A stretch of 63,125 nucleotides of DNA, filler included, from Octopus bimaculoides (Eukaryota), in the NCBI RefSeq assembly GCF_001194135.2. It is 4 parts of 4 records of this genome, joined end to end, with 100 filler letters (N's around TTAATTAATTAA, not from the genome) between each part and the next. Parts side by side here need not be neighbours in the genome. Positions count along the whole stretch, not along the records: positions 46,192 to 60,574 come from NC_068983.1; positions 60,675 to 63,125 come from NC_068981.1; 2 more parts are not named here. One strand, 5' to 3'. Numbering within the stretch: the first letter of the stretch is position 1; each line of letters begins with the position of its first letter. Shown here piece by piece: positions 52,316 to 63,125 of the stretch. The notes beneath the pieces are model-generated. The model searched no databases. It was not told where the DNA came from and worked only from the letters and a program-made list of their open reading frames with translations. A program made the translations under genes and the position numbers.

Positions 52316-54419
52316 CCTACTATATTAAAAATGGGAAGTCAGGATAATCTGGACCTGACTCTATATAGTCTGATAAAAAAGAGAAAGGACGGGATAGTCA
52401 CGACTAGAATGCATATGATCATATGTCATCTCAATGAAAGCTGACCTGGGTTAAACAACATCAGCAACAGCACTAAGGGGAAGGTTGCAGTTAATTACTG
52501 AAGTAAAATCCACCCTCACGCAGTTACCGACAATGCACAACAATAATTTCTATCTCAAAACAAATAGATACATCTACAATAAGTCAGACAACTACTGCTA
52601 TCACATTCTTACAACATCACACTATGGCTACACTACACTCAAGAGACAAGATGGTCATGGCGGGAACGCTTCGATCAGAGTTGACTTCGGTCTAACATCA
52701 ACTCAATTGCATACTATATTACATCACAGGCCAGTACTTACATCATTTCAAACCACACCACACTACAACAAGCTCTTTTATTCATTGCAGCCAATGCGAG
52801 AAAAAGAAAAGAAGCATCTACATCGTAGTTGGAGCTACTAGAGACAGCGCCTAATCTCCGTCAAAAAATATTTTACTGTCTTAAATAATTAAGTGTACGT
52901 TGAACAATATAGTAAAACGAATATATAGACTTGTTGGTCACCGTTGGCATGCCTTTGATGAAGGTCGACCAAGACTAAACAATAATACTTCACTACAAGC
53001 TACAATATACTACATAGGAATATATAACAAACGAACCTCAAACTCGAAGCCTATGACTTTTCCATACATGTTTATTCCATTAAACCATCACCAGCAAAAC
53101 GAACGTGACATGATGTTATGAATAGTGGGTATTTTCTCTTTTGGTTTAAAAAATCGATAAAGGCTAATTCACTTTATCATTGCTTCTGGGAAAGGAATTT
53201 ATATTTTGACGGTTTTTCACACCATACGATTCATAAGAATTTCTCAGAAATACATGTAATAAACATATTTTGAGAGATTTTTTCAGTTTGAAACAAAAGT
53301 TCATTGGGTTTTTATTTTAAAATGCAGATGTTAATTGTCAGTGGAAATTAAATCAAACATTAGAAAAAAAACAAAAACAAACGAATCAAAATTACTTTCT
53401 TTTATCAAGGGATTTATATTTCGATAGAGCACTTTAACGTCATGTGAAATTGAGGCCTTTTTTAAAAAGCTTAAAAAAATGAATGTCGTATTATTGGTTC
53501 AGACATTGTTGTATGGTTCAGACGTTTGTTCACAACCACACAGTTCCAAGTTCAAACCTGCAGTTCTACAGGCACGTGTATTTATTCTAATGAGACTCTA
53601 GTTGACGTTATCTTGTGTGTGTGTGTGTGTGTGTGTGTTATCTCCTTTTACATTAAAGTTTACTTTGAATTTCGTATCTTACGAGATCGATCAAATAAAT
53701 AAGTACTGCAGTCGATGCAGCCGGCTGAAATTCCTGCAAATCGTACGCCATCATATCTACAGTCCAATGATTGATATCAATAAAATGAAAGAGTCTCACC
53801 ACTTTATTATGTGGCAAATGACTTCTTCTGAGACCATGTGTGGAAACAGGAGCAATTTCAGCCATTAAAAAAGAAATCACATACAAACAGTTAAACTCAT
53901 CTTATATTAACTTTTTGAGGTCTCGAAATTTTCGTCGCACTTCTGCGACCTGGTCAATGCCACAATTCTACTGCAACTTAAAATAAAAGAATGCGCTTGC
54001 ATTGTTGGTTACAGAACAAATACCAATTCCTTATTTAACTTTGCACATTGAAATCGAGTAGATTCAACCGGAAATCGAAACTTGAAAGTTGCAAACTCAC
54101 ATGACTTTGATTTAAGATCTTCACTGGACGAATTTAAGAAAGTTAACTATCCAGGAAATTTATAGAATTAAAATACTCGTTTTCAAACTTAGGCAGCCTG
54201 ATCAGTGAAGAAACATAACTCCTCAGCAGCATTGCAGTTCAGTCCCTTGCATCAATTAAAAGATAGAGTGCGTGTCACACATGAGTAACGACATTACAAA
54301 ACCCGGTCATTGGCTATACATACATACATACATACATGTATGTGTGTGTGTATGTGCGCGCGTATGTATGTATATATAGATGCATATATATGTGCATATA
54401 TATGTTCATATATACGCAC

Positions 54420-55200
54420 ACACATTCGCGTTGTGCCAATTTCGGGCATTCACTAACGATGTGCCATACCGTTTCACCCCTCTCATACATTCTGCATTTG
54501 TCGCTATCGGTGCTGTTGTCTATTCTGCACTTCATATAACGCTAGTTCTTGAGCTGCACATGTGAGTGCTTCTGTCTCCATCTTCCGGTCACTCCACCTC
54601 ATACGTAGCCACTGGTCCTCTGTAACTGTTTTCGCGTTCACATCTCTTGCAAACTGACCGCACATTTTCTTTTCCTTCCATGCTTTTTCCTTTCTTTTTG
54701 TTTATTTCTTGTTTAAATTTTTCTTTAGTTACACAATTTTCAGTTTTGATAACGCCGGCCTACTTCGTGTGTTTTAACAGTGCATCTACAGCATTTTTGT
54801 GTATACCACCCTAGGCTGTTTTCCTCTGCTTCCATACAGTCCTGGCAACTGATCAAGCCTCTTCCACCCTTTCTTCTGGACAAATACTGCCTATCGGTGT
54901 CACGCTCCGGGCGGAAGGCTGCGTGTACTGTGAAAAGTTTTCTGGTATTGGTATCCATTTTCTTCATTTCTTTCTTTTGCTATTTTATAATTCCTGCTCC
55001 ATACCGAAGTGATGCTATCGCCACGATTTAACTGCTTGGATCTTATTCCATCCAGTCAATTTTGAGCGCAGCACCAACCTCAGTCTTCGGAAATACTCCA
55101 TCCTCAGTTGCTCTTTCATTTCCGTTTCCATTATCTCGTTGGCCTCTATTACGCCAAGGTATTTGTATACTTCCGTTTCAATTTGTTTAATCAAATCTCT
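54420..55200 (-). mobile_element. R4/Dong-clade non-LTR retrotransposon fragment (RT C-terminus through CCHC knuckle)
   Basis: YKYLGVIEA…EYFRRLRLVLRSKL…LRYGAGII…RKGGRGLISCQDC.EAEENSLGWY…WKEKKMCGQF…ETEALTCAAQE…DKCRM..RGETVWHIVSECPKLAQRE. Confidence 0.85.
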
Positions 55201-55318
55201 ATTCGGTAATAATTCTATACTATTATTATTCTATACTATATTATTATTATTATCATTATCATTATTATTATTATTGGCCCTTGTGGCCAACAAAAGCTCA
55301 TTATTATTGTTATTACCT

Positions 55319-55524
55319 AAGGCAGAATGCTGGCAGAATCGTTAGCGCACTGGGTAAAATGCTTACCGGCATTTCAGCCACATTTACATTCTGAGTTCAA
55401 ATTCTGCCAAGGTCGACTTTGCTTTTCATATTTTCATGAATAAATACCAGTTGATTACTGGGGTCGATGTAATCATTTTATCTCCTCCTCCGAACTTGCT
55501 GGCCTTGTGCCAAATTTTGAAATC
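55319..55524 (+). mobile_element. SINE family B
   Basis: aaggcagaatgctggcagaatcgttag…aaggtcgactttgc…ggggtcgatgtaatc…ggccttgtgccaaattttgaa. Confidence 0.85.
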
Positions 55525-55526
55525 TT

Positions 55527-55675
55527 AAGGCAGCGAGCTGGCACAATCGTTAGCATGCCTCGCGGAATGGTTAACGGTATTTCACTCGTCACAATGTTGG
55601 CTTCAAATTCCATTAAGGCTGACTTTGCCTGTCATCCTTTCGGGTCGAGAAATTAAGTAGCAGTTGCGTCTTGCA
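55527..55675 (+). mobile_element. SINE family B, second tandem copy
   Basis: aaggcagcgagctggcacaatcgttag…gactttgcctgtcatcctttcgggtcga. Confidence 0.8.
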
Positions 55676-55824
55676 ACCTTTTCAAGACTATTGAAAATGT
55701 TGCAAGACGCAACGAAAATTTTAGGAAAATAAAAATAAGGAATAAGCGGAAATCTTACCGGTCAGTGTGTTAAATTATAAGGCACAAAAAGAAAATGACT
55801 CTCCCCAGACACAACAGTATATAT

Positions 55825-56366
55825 ATATAACATACATATGAGAGGGATGACCACTAGGTAGACATCCAATATGCTAAATATAGACCTCATATAGTCTGAC
55901 TACTAAGAAAAATATTGTTCTCAAGAAAATTCGGCAAACGCCAGAACGTAAGCGAGCAAGACAAATGAAAAGATACAAAATATAATGATTAGTCACATTC
56001 CGGCTTTGGCGCGCCGAAACGAAGACATTTGAAATATACCCCCAAATATAATTGACAGAACTGTATGAATGCTCGCTTTCGTGTGGACGTCTCGTGTACA
56101 GTTCTGCAGATTATATTTTCTGTGACGGTCGCACTGATGAAATGCGGACATTTACGTATGTAAATATGTAAATGATAACAATGAAACCTGGTATGTGACT
56201 AATCTATATATTTTGTATCTTTTCATTTGTCTTGCTCGCTTACGTTCTGGCGTTTGCCGAATTTTCTTGAGAACAATTTTTTCTTAATGGTCAGACTATA
56301 TGGGGTCTACATTTAGCATATTGGATGTCTACTTAGTGATCATCCCTCTTATATGTATGTAATATA
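55825..56366. mobile_element. Foldback element with about 180-bp TIRs
   Basis: Arms at about 55825-56002 and 56187-56366, with few mismatches. Confidence 0.9.
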
Positions 56367-56458
56367 ACTTTACTGAATCTTCAGATTTTTTCAAAATGCT
56401 AGGCCACTGGTTTAAATTGAAATTGATATTAATCAAATTAATATCAATTTTTTTACAC

Positions 56459-56517
<59 letters not shown>
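56459..56517. repeat. (ATT)n microsatellite
   Basis: Perfect run ending at a gap. Confidence 0.95.
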
Positions 56518-56543
56518 NNNNNNNNNNATATATATATACAACA

Positions 56544-57072
56544 TTAACAGAATGAGATAAAAATCCAAGGGTGTGAAAGATTTCAGAACATTTGTAAAGA
56601 GGTCTTACAGCTGTTTCAGGGATATATTATATATACCTTCATCGGAGACGGTGCGAGTAAATGGTTACGCAATAGTTATTCTAGATAGGATATGAAATAG
56701 AGAGTAAAGTGGGGGAATGAAAACAGACGTGAGATATGCAGGGATATTGTATCTGCTGTTCCATTATTTAAGCAGAATGGTATACATATAAGTTTCCTGT
56801 ACTTTGTAAGTTCCAGCAAACGTATATGTATACCATTCTGCTTAAATAATGGAACTGTAAATACAATATCCCTGCATATCTCACGTCTGTTTTCATTCCT
56901 CCACTTCACTCTCTATTTCATATCTTCTCTGGAATAACTATTGCTTAACTATTTTCTCGCACTGTCTCCGATGATGGGATATATAAAATATCCCGGAAAC
57001 ATCTGTAAGACCTTGTCTTTATAAATGTTCTGAAATCCTTCACAGCCTTGGATTTTTATCTCATTCTGTTAA
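56544..57072. mobile_element. About 530-bp foldback palindrome
   Basis: Arms at 56544-56790 and 56823-57072 with a 32-nt loop, flanked by TA runs. Confidence 0.9.
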
Positions 57073-57225
57073 TTTTTTTATATATATGCACGCTAATATA
57101 TAACCTACGTTGGACTCCTCGTTCGCATAATCACCGAACCTGGAGCTTAACTATAGTCTGTCCATAGCACTTACTCATCATTACCCGACACCTTTGGGTC
57201 TTCTTAACACCATAACCTCTCATAA

Positions 57226-57271
<46 letters not shown>

Positions 57272-57296
57272 NNNNNNNNNNNNNNNNNNNNNNNNN

Positions 57297-57355
<59 letters not shown>

Positions 57356-57869
57356 GTGTCGTTGGTGTCTCTGTAGTTAAGTGTGGTATGAGAGACTGAT
57401 ATTAAATAAATGATGAGATATCAAAAATGTAAGAATAGTGTAATAGATAATATGAATTTCGTTTGTGAATTGTCTGTTAATGTTAAACTGCATTGACAGA
57501 AGAGGTGACACAGATAGGTTGGCAGTTACGCTGGCAGACAGAGTGAAACAGCAAGATGGATAGGTAAATGGATAGAGGGAAAATCAAATTAAATTAAGTT
57601 ACAACTATCGATAGAGTGAATGTCGTCGCAGGGTAATTTGTTATTCTTGTTTTGATTTATGATAATGTTCTCTCTGAAACTTTCTCTTTGCCGTGAATGT
57701 GCGCAAAAATTTACTTGTGTGCAAATTTTTTCTTTTTCTTTTCTTTTTTTTTCTGAGTATGTACGCATCTATGTAAGTAACTGTCTTCGATTTTTTCCAC
57801 CTTCTCCACCCACTATTTCTGGGAGGGTCCTCAGACACCTTTTCTATAGGGTCCATCATAAGCAACTGT

Positions 57870-58150
57870 CATTAAATTTTCCGACTGGATACTCAAGCTA
57901 GCTTCAACTTCAGTTGTAGATATTATCCAACCAGTTCAGTTTTGGACTAACCTTGAGTCTCTTGCCGGTTCACTCGGCTTGAAGAATCTGTCTTGCGATT
58001 CTTTCCTGTGACGTTCTAATCACATATGCATAGTATCGGAACTGTGACCTCTTAATGCGTAGAAGTAGCGGCTCGACTTGGAAAGACTTTCTGATTTCCG
58101 AGCTACGCAACCTGCCGAGTAACGTTATTCTGAAAGGCCTTTCCAAAGAA
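57870..58150 (-). mobile_element. RTE LINE 3' fragment
   Basis: RSSEIRKSFQVEPLLLRIKRSQFRYYAYVIRTSQERIARQIL…TGKR…WLDNI. Confidence 0.85.
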
Positions 58151-58289
58151 CCCCATTTCGACAACTTCGCGATTGTAATATTTCGGTTATTACTCAACAT
58201 TCATCATCACTGATGAGGATAGGCACAAAAACTGAATTGCAAATTGCTAGTTTGACATTTTTTTACCAAACTCTCCAGCCTCCATCTTG

Positions 58290-58450
58290 AACGTACGTTC
58301 ACTACTTCACCAGGTACAGATGAGCTCGAAAGAGAACGTCCTTATCCTCGGTTGGCCGATCCTCCCACCTGCTATTCGTTCCATCCTCAGGTATGAGCTC
58401 CCCAGCTTGAAAGCTCGACGAACAGACTGAATGCGATCGACGCCCACACC
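58290..58450 (-). mobile_element. Possible CR1 3' remnant
   Basis: DRIQSVRRA…R.R…LICT weakly resembles the CR1 lExVQRra…RrlRxDLi motif. Confidence 0.35.
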
Positions 58451-58584
58451 CAGCACTGTTTCTGTTAAGGACATTTGTAGGACATTCGTATTTACACATA
58501 CACGCACACGCATGACCCGTGTTTATTCTTACTTATTTCGGTCAAGGAACTTACAGAGTAGAGGAATAATCGATTGCATAGACT

Positions 58585-58730
58585 TCGATATTTATTGTTA
58601 TTTCGTCAAGGTTGTCTTTGCTTTCATCTCCTAGGGGTAGATAAAATAAGTACCAGCTGAGCACTGGGATCGATGTAATCGATTTACACGCTTCTCTGAA
58701 AATGCAGGCCTTGTGCCAAAATTTGAAACC
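58585..58730 (+). mobile_element. SINE family B, partial
   Basis: gtctttgctttcatctcctaggggtagataaaataagtaccagctgagcactgggatcgatgtaatcga. Confidence 0.75.
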
Positions 58731-59807
58731 AATATCTATTGTTGTTGTTATTGTCCTTCTTGCTGCAGTAATTGTTGTTATTGCTGTTGTTGCTTAACCC
58801 GAAGATAGGCCAAAGGTGTCACTATCGTTTCCGTCCCGCCCCTTTCCCCAGTGCGCCGCTGACACACCGTATTTCCCTAATGCGTTCCTGGTTTCTAATA
58901 TCGCGGAGATTTGACAACTATTTGCAGTAGGTTGAACAACTATGTGGAAGACCCTTTTATTGGGTCATATTTTATATTTTATTGAATTCTATGGATTTCA
59001 AGGAATTCTGAACGCTGAAAGGCAAAGCGAGAATTGAACTCAGAACGTAAATAGCCGAAACCAAGTGTCACACTCAGATACATACAAACCTACGGGCACA
59101 TTTATATTAATCTCTAATCCGCTTAATATCCCTTATGATATATTAAAATATTTATACATACTTAGTTCACTGCATGGGTGTCAGCAGTTTATTCTGCCTT
59201 TGTATAAATACCAAAACGAAAATTGCTTTGAAATAACTATTGGCAGCGTGCTAAAGTATATTCGACAGCGCGCTAAATTTGACTTCATACCAATAAATGT
59301 TAGGTAACAGAGACTACCCAGCCACGACAAACGTCCCATCAATAAATGAACTTACGAATCCTTTGATATGAAGCACATTGAGATATATATATATCTTTCA
59401 ACATGTTTGTGCCACGCGTACAAAATTATATTAGTACGTAAGTATTGAGCATACTTTTTTTAATCTATAATGTAAGAGAATATGTCGGGAAATATATGAA
59501 TGTGTGCGTGTGTGTGTGTGCGTGAATTTGTGCGAGAGAGATATTATGTGAATTATACATAAAAGAAGAATGCCACTCAACAAGAAAAGATGAGTAAAAT
59601 AAAGAAACCATGCAAGACTTCTTGATGGTGACAATTTGCCTTGTCAGTGGTTCTTGAAGCTAAAGACATTCATCTAAATACACACAGACGCACATAAACA
59701 CACAAGTACATCCATATATACATACGTATACATATATGTATATTAATAGATATATAAATATACATATATATGTGCGTGTATGTGTATACATATGTATGTA
59801 TGCATGT

Positions 59808-59811
<4 letters not shown>

Positions 59812-59891
<80 letters not shown>
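59812..59891. repeat. (TA)n microsatellite
   Basis: Perfect run. Confidence 0.95.
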
Positions 59892-59894
<3 letters not shown>

Positions 59895-60456
59895 GGTCAT
59901 GTATATGTGTGTATGTGTGTGTGTGTATGTATGTATGTATGTATGTATGTATGTTGTTTGAGTGGATAAGTGTGTATTCTATATTATCCAACCATTTATC
60001 GATATATAGATCTACTTATAGTGCGTTTTTCTTCTACAACATAAATTCCCACTGACGATTTGAATCCTATTTTTTCCAATCGAGATGCATTCCTCTTGTT
60101 TAATTCGCGTCGGCGCGCACGCCCAAACGCACGCACACACATTTATATATTTTATGATATATTCTATCATCTTCTACATAACAAAGAGTGCTCAATACTC
60201 ACGATGTAATATATGTATTATATATTATATAATCATGCTATAATGAATATAAGTGTGTGCATATTTTTATTTTTTGTATTTACAATTTATTCTTTCACCT
60301 CAACCACGACCTAGCATACACAGGTGCTTACAATTGTCAAGTATTGCCTCTAACATTTACTTTACCTATATATATATATATATATATATTATGATTGACC
60401 GTTGACTGAACACTATTCAATTTTTTTTCTCCGTGTTTTTCTCCTTGTCTCCGTAT

Positions 60457-60493
60457 TCTTTCTGTTGAAGAGCGTAGCTCGAAACGTCAAAGA
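60457..60493 (+). ncRNA. Hammerhead-like motif, variant core CUGUUGA
   Basis: Identical to the motif at 49638-49674, inside a repeat spanning about 60393-60574. Confidence 0.5.
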
Positions 60494-60574
60494 CTTTCCG
60501 TATTCCCGAGCGTCATACTAATATATACTTTTGTTATTTACACCACCTGTCCTCGTCTGTTGTTATTTTTTGTA

Positions 60575-60674
60575 NNNNNNNNNNNNNNNNNNNNNNNNNN
60601 NNNNNNNNNNNNNNNNNNTTAATTAATTAANNNNNNNNNNNNNNNNNNNNNNNNNNNNNNNNNNNNNNNNNNNN
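60575..60674. other. Artificial 100-bp scaffold spacer
   Basis: 44 N + TTAATTAATTAA + 44 N. Confidence 0.95.
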
Positions 60675-60721
<47 letters not shown>

Positions 60722-61269
60722 CATACAACCCATACCAGCATGGAACACACATATTAAATGATGGTGATAATGTGTGTGTGTATATTATATATATATATAA
60801 TACATATATATATAAATATATATATATATAATACATGACAGTCGACAGAAAAGTTCATAGGCTGACTAAGATACATAGTTTTTCAACATAGTCCCTTTGA
60901 GGTCCACATACTTCTTCCATCAGTATTACATTGGTGAAGAACCTCTCATTCCTGTTGGTCAAAAAATTCAACGGGAGATATGTTGTCATCTTTACTGTAA
61001 TACTGGTTCCCAGTCAAATGTTTTTTTGTTTTTTTTTATGTTGGGCAACAGATGATAGTCAGTTGGTACCAAATCAAGAAAATAGGTATGGTGATCAACC
61101 AGTTCTCGGCTATTTTAGTAGACAGAGTAACAAAACAAAATGTGTTTTTAACAATTTGTTATTCAAATTGAAATATTTTCTAGGTAATAATCTTTTATTT
61201 TTTCAGCAGTAAAATAAATGGGTAGTAATGAAACATTAGGCAAGTCACAGAGCAAGAAAGAGAAAAAGA

Positions 61270-61327
<58 letters not shown>

Positions 61328-61851
61328 NNNNNNNNNNNNNNNNNNNNNNNNNNNNNNNNNNNNNNNNNNNNNNNNNNNNNNNNNNNNNNNNNNNNNNNNN
61401 NNNNNNNNNNNNNNNNNNNNNNNNNNNNNNNNNNNNNNNNNNNNNNNNNNNNNNNNNNNNNNNNNNNNNNNNNNNNNNNNNNNNNNNNNNNNNNNNNNNN
61501 NNNNNNNNNNNNNNNNNNNNNNNNNNNNNNNNNNNNNNNNNNNNNNNNNNNNNNNNNNNNNNNNNNNNNNNNNNNNNNNNNNNNNNNNNNNNNNNNNNNN
61601 NNNNNNNNNNNNNNNNNNNNNNNNNNNNNNNNNNNNNNNNNNNNNNNNNNNNNNNNNNNNNNNNNNNNNNNNNNNNNNNNNNNNNNNNNNNNNNNNNNNN
61701 NNNNNNNNNNNNNNNNNNNNNNNNNNNNNNNNNNNNNNNNNNNNNNNNNNNNNNNNNNNNNNNNNNNNNNNNNNNNNNNNNNNNNNNNNNNNNNNNNNNN
61801 NNNNNNNNNNNNNNNNNNNNNNNNNNTATATATATATATATATATATATAT

Positions 61852-62074
61852 TCTTTTACTTGTTTCAGTCATTTGACAATGGCCATATTGGAGCAATGCC
61901 TTTAGTCAAGCAAATTGACCCTAGAACTTATGTTTTGTAAGCCTAGTACTTATTCTGTCATTCTCTTTTGTCGAACTGCTAGGTTATGGGGATGTAAACA
62001 CACCAACATCTGTCTCAAGTGATGGTGGTGGGACAGACACAGACACACAAATACATACATACATACATACATAC

Positions 62075-62113
<39 letters not shown>

Positions 62114-62256
62114 GGATGGGCTTCCTAATCCACTCACAAGGCTGTGGTTGGATTGAGGCTATAGTAGAAGACACTTACCTAAGGTGCCATGCAGTAGGAC
62201 TGAACCCAGAACCGTAGGGTTAGAAAACAAGCTTCTTACCTCACAGCCACTCCTGC
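61852..62256 (-). mobile_element. SINE family A, full length, decayed
   Basis: Reverse complement of the family A pattern. Confidence 0.85.
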
Positions 62257-62506
62257 ATAAATAAATATGAATCAGTAGCAGCACTGGCATAAAAAAAAGT
62301 CTCTGTGTGTGTGTCTGTATAAGTTAGAGGTTAAGAAACCATCTAAGGGATATCAAATATGCTGTATACTACTAGATGTGTACCTACATATTTTTAACCA
62401 AGTGCTTACAATTGCACGGCAATATTGCAATTGAATACTAGGTATGGGTAGGGGTTAACCAGAAATTTACCCAGAATTTATAAGGCAAAGAAGAAAATGG
62501 AGAAGT

Positions 62507-62725
62507 TATATAATCGACAAACATCAGCCAGTAAACATCCAATTATATCTATTTATTAATTGATTACAAACGTGTGTTTAAGTGATACAAATAAACGAAT
62601 GAAATCAGCCAATTTGTTTATTGACTGATTTTATTCGTTATTTGTATCACTTAAACACACGTTTGTAATCAATTAATAAATAGATATAATTGAATGTTTA
62701 CTAAATAATGTTTGTCGATTGTATA
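62507..62725. repeat. About 220-bp foldback palindrome
   Basis: Arms at 62507-62608 and 62625-62725 with a 16-nt loop. Confidence 0.9.
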
Positions 62726-63125
62726 CCCTCTCTATTTTTTTATTTGCCTTATATATATATATACATACATTCATGCATATATATTGAATTACGGAAAAAT
62801 TTGGATAAGTACTGTTTTTTACTTTGCTGAAGATTTTCTACTATTTGAAAATAATATGTATTCTTGTTTTTTATATTATTCATTTGGTTCTTTATAGATT
62901 ATTTTTAATAGATAACTTATTTAACACTAAATTATTTAGAAGTTATAGTTTCATTTCAACATAATATTAGAACTTCAATTTGAATAGTGTTGATATATTT
63001 TCGATTATTTTTGATTAATAATATTTGATTAATAATTAATCTTTATAGTTTATAATATCGTTAAAGATTTTTTTAAATTAAAACTTTGTATATATATATA
63101 TAAAGTTTAATCTTTTATTCTTAAT

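Noticed and set aside
52485-52985. 118-aa ORF with faint Penelope RT flavour, and a degenerate ttgatgaag-gtc…gac-taaac hammerhead-like remnant near 52950
   Set aside because: No catalytic RT motif and the ribozyme core is broken; too weak to call.
56138-56165. CTGATGA followed by a small aatg/catt hairpin
   Set aside because: No GAAA or cleavage triplet follows, so it is not a hammerhead.
58205-58235. CTGATGA near the RTE fragment
   Set aside because: No stem II or GAAA.

Overview
AT-rich, microsatellite-dense animal genomic DNA. The SINE, MITE and LINE repertoire looks cephalopod (Octopus-like), which is an inference from repeat content. The window is not one contig: three identical 100-bp spacers (44 N + TTAATTAATTAA + 44 N, at 19614, 46092 and 60575) join four segments. 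No host protein-coding gene could be identified with confidence. Recognisable content is transposon-derived: a 5'-intact L1/Tx1-type LINE (ORF1 zinc knuckle plus APE), R4/Dong, RTE, CR1, Penelope and mariner fragments, hAT and piggyBac-type MITEs, at least four tRNA-derived SINE families, and four long foldback palindromes. Segment 2 (19.7-46.1 kb) is visibly CpG-depleted, like a methylated gene body, and a promoter-like motif cluster sits at 46.3-46.4 kb. The most interesting signal is a tRNA-headed SINE-like element at 44.1-44.4 kb that carries an intact minimal type-I hammerhead ribozyme. A second repeat family carries a variant hammerhead core (CUGUNGA) in three copies. All alignments and folds were done by eye and the boundaries of decayed repeats are approximate.
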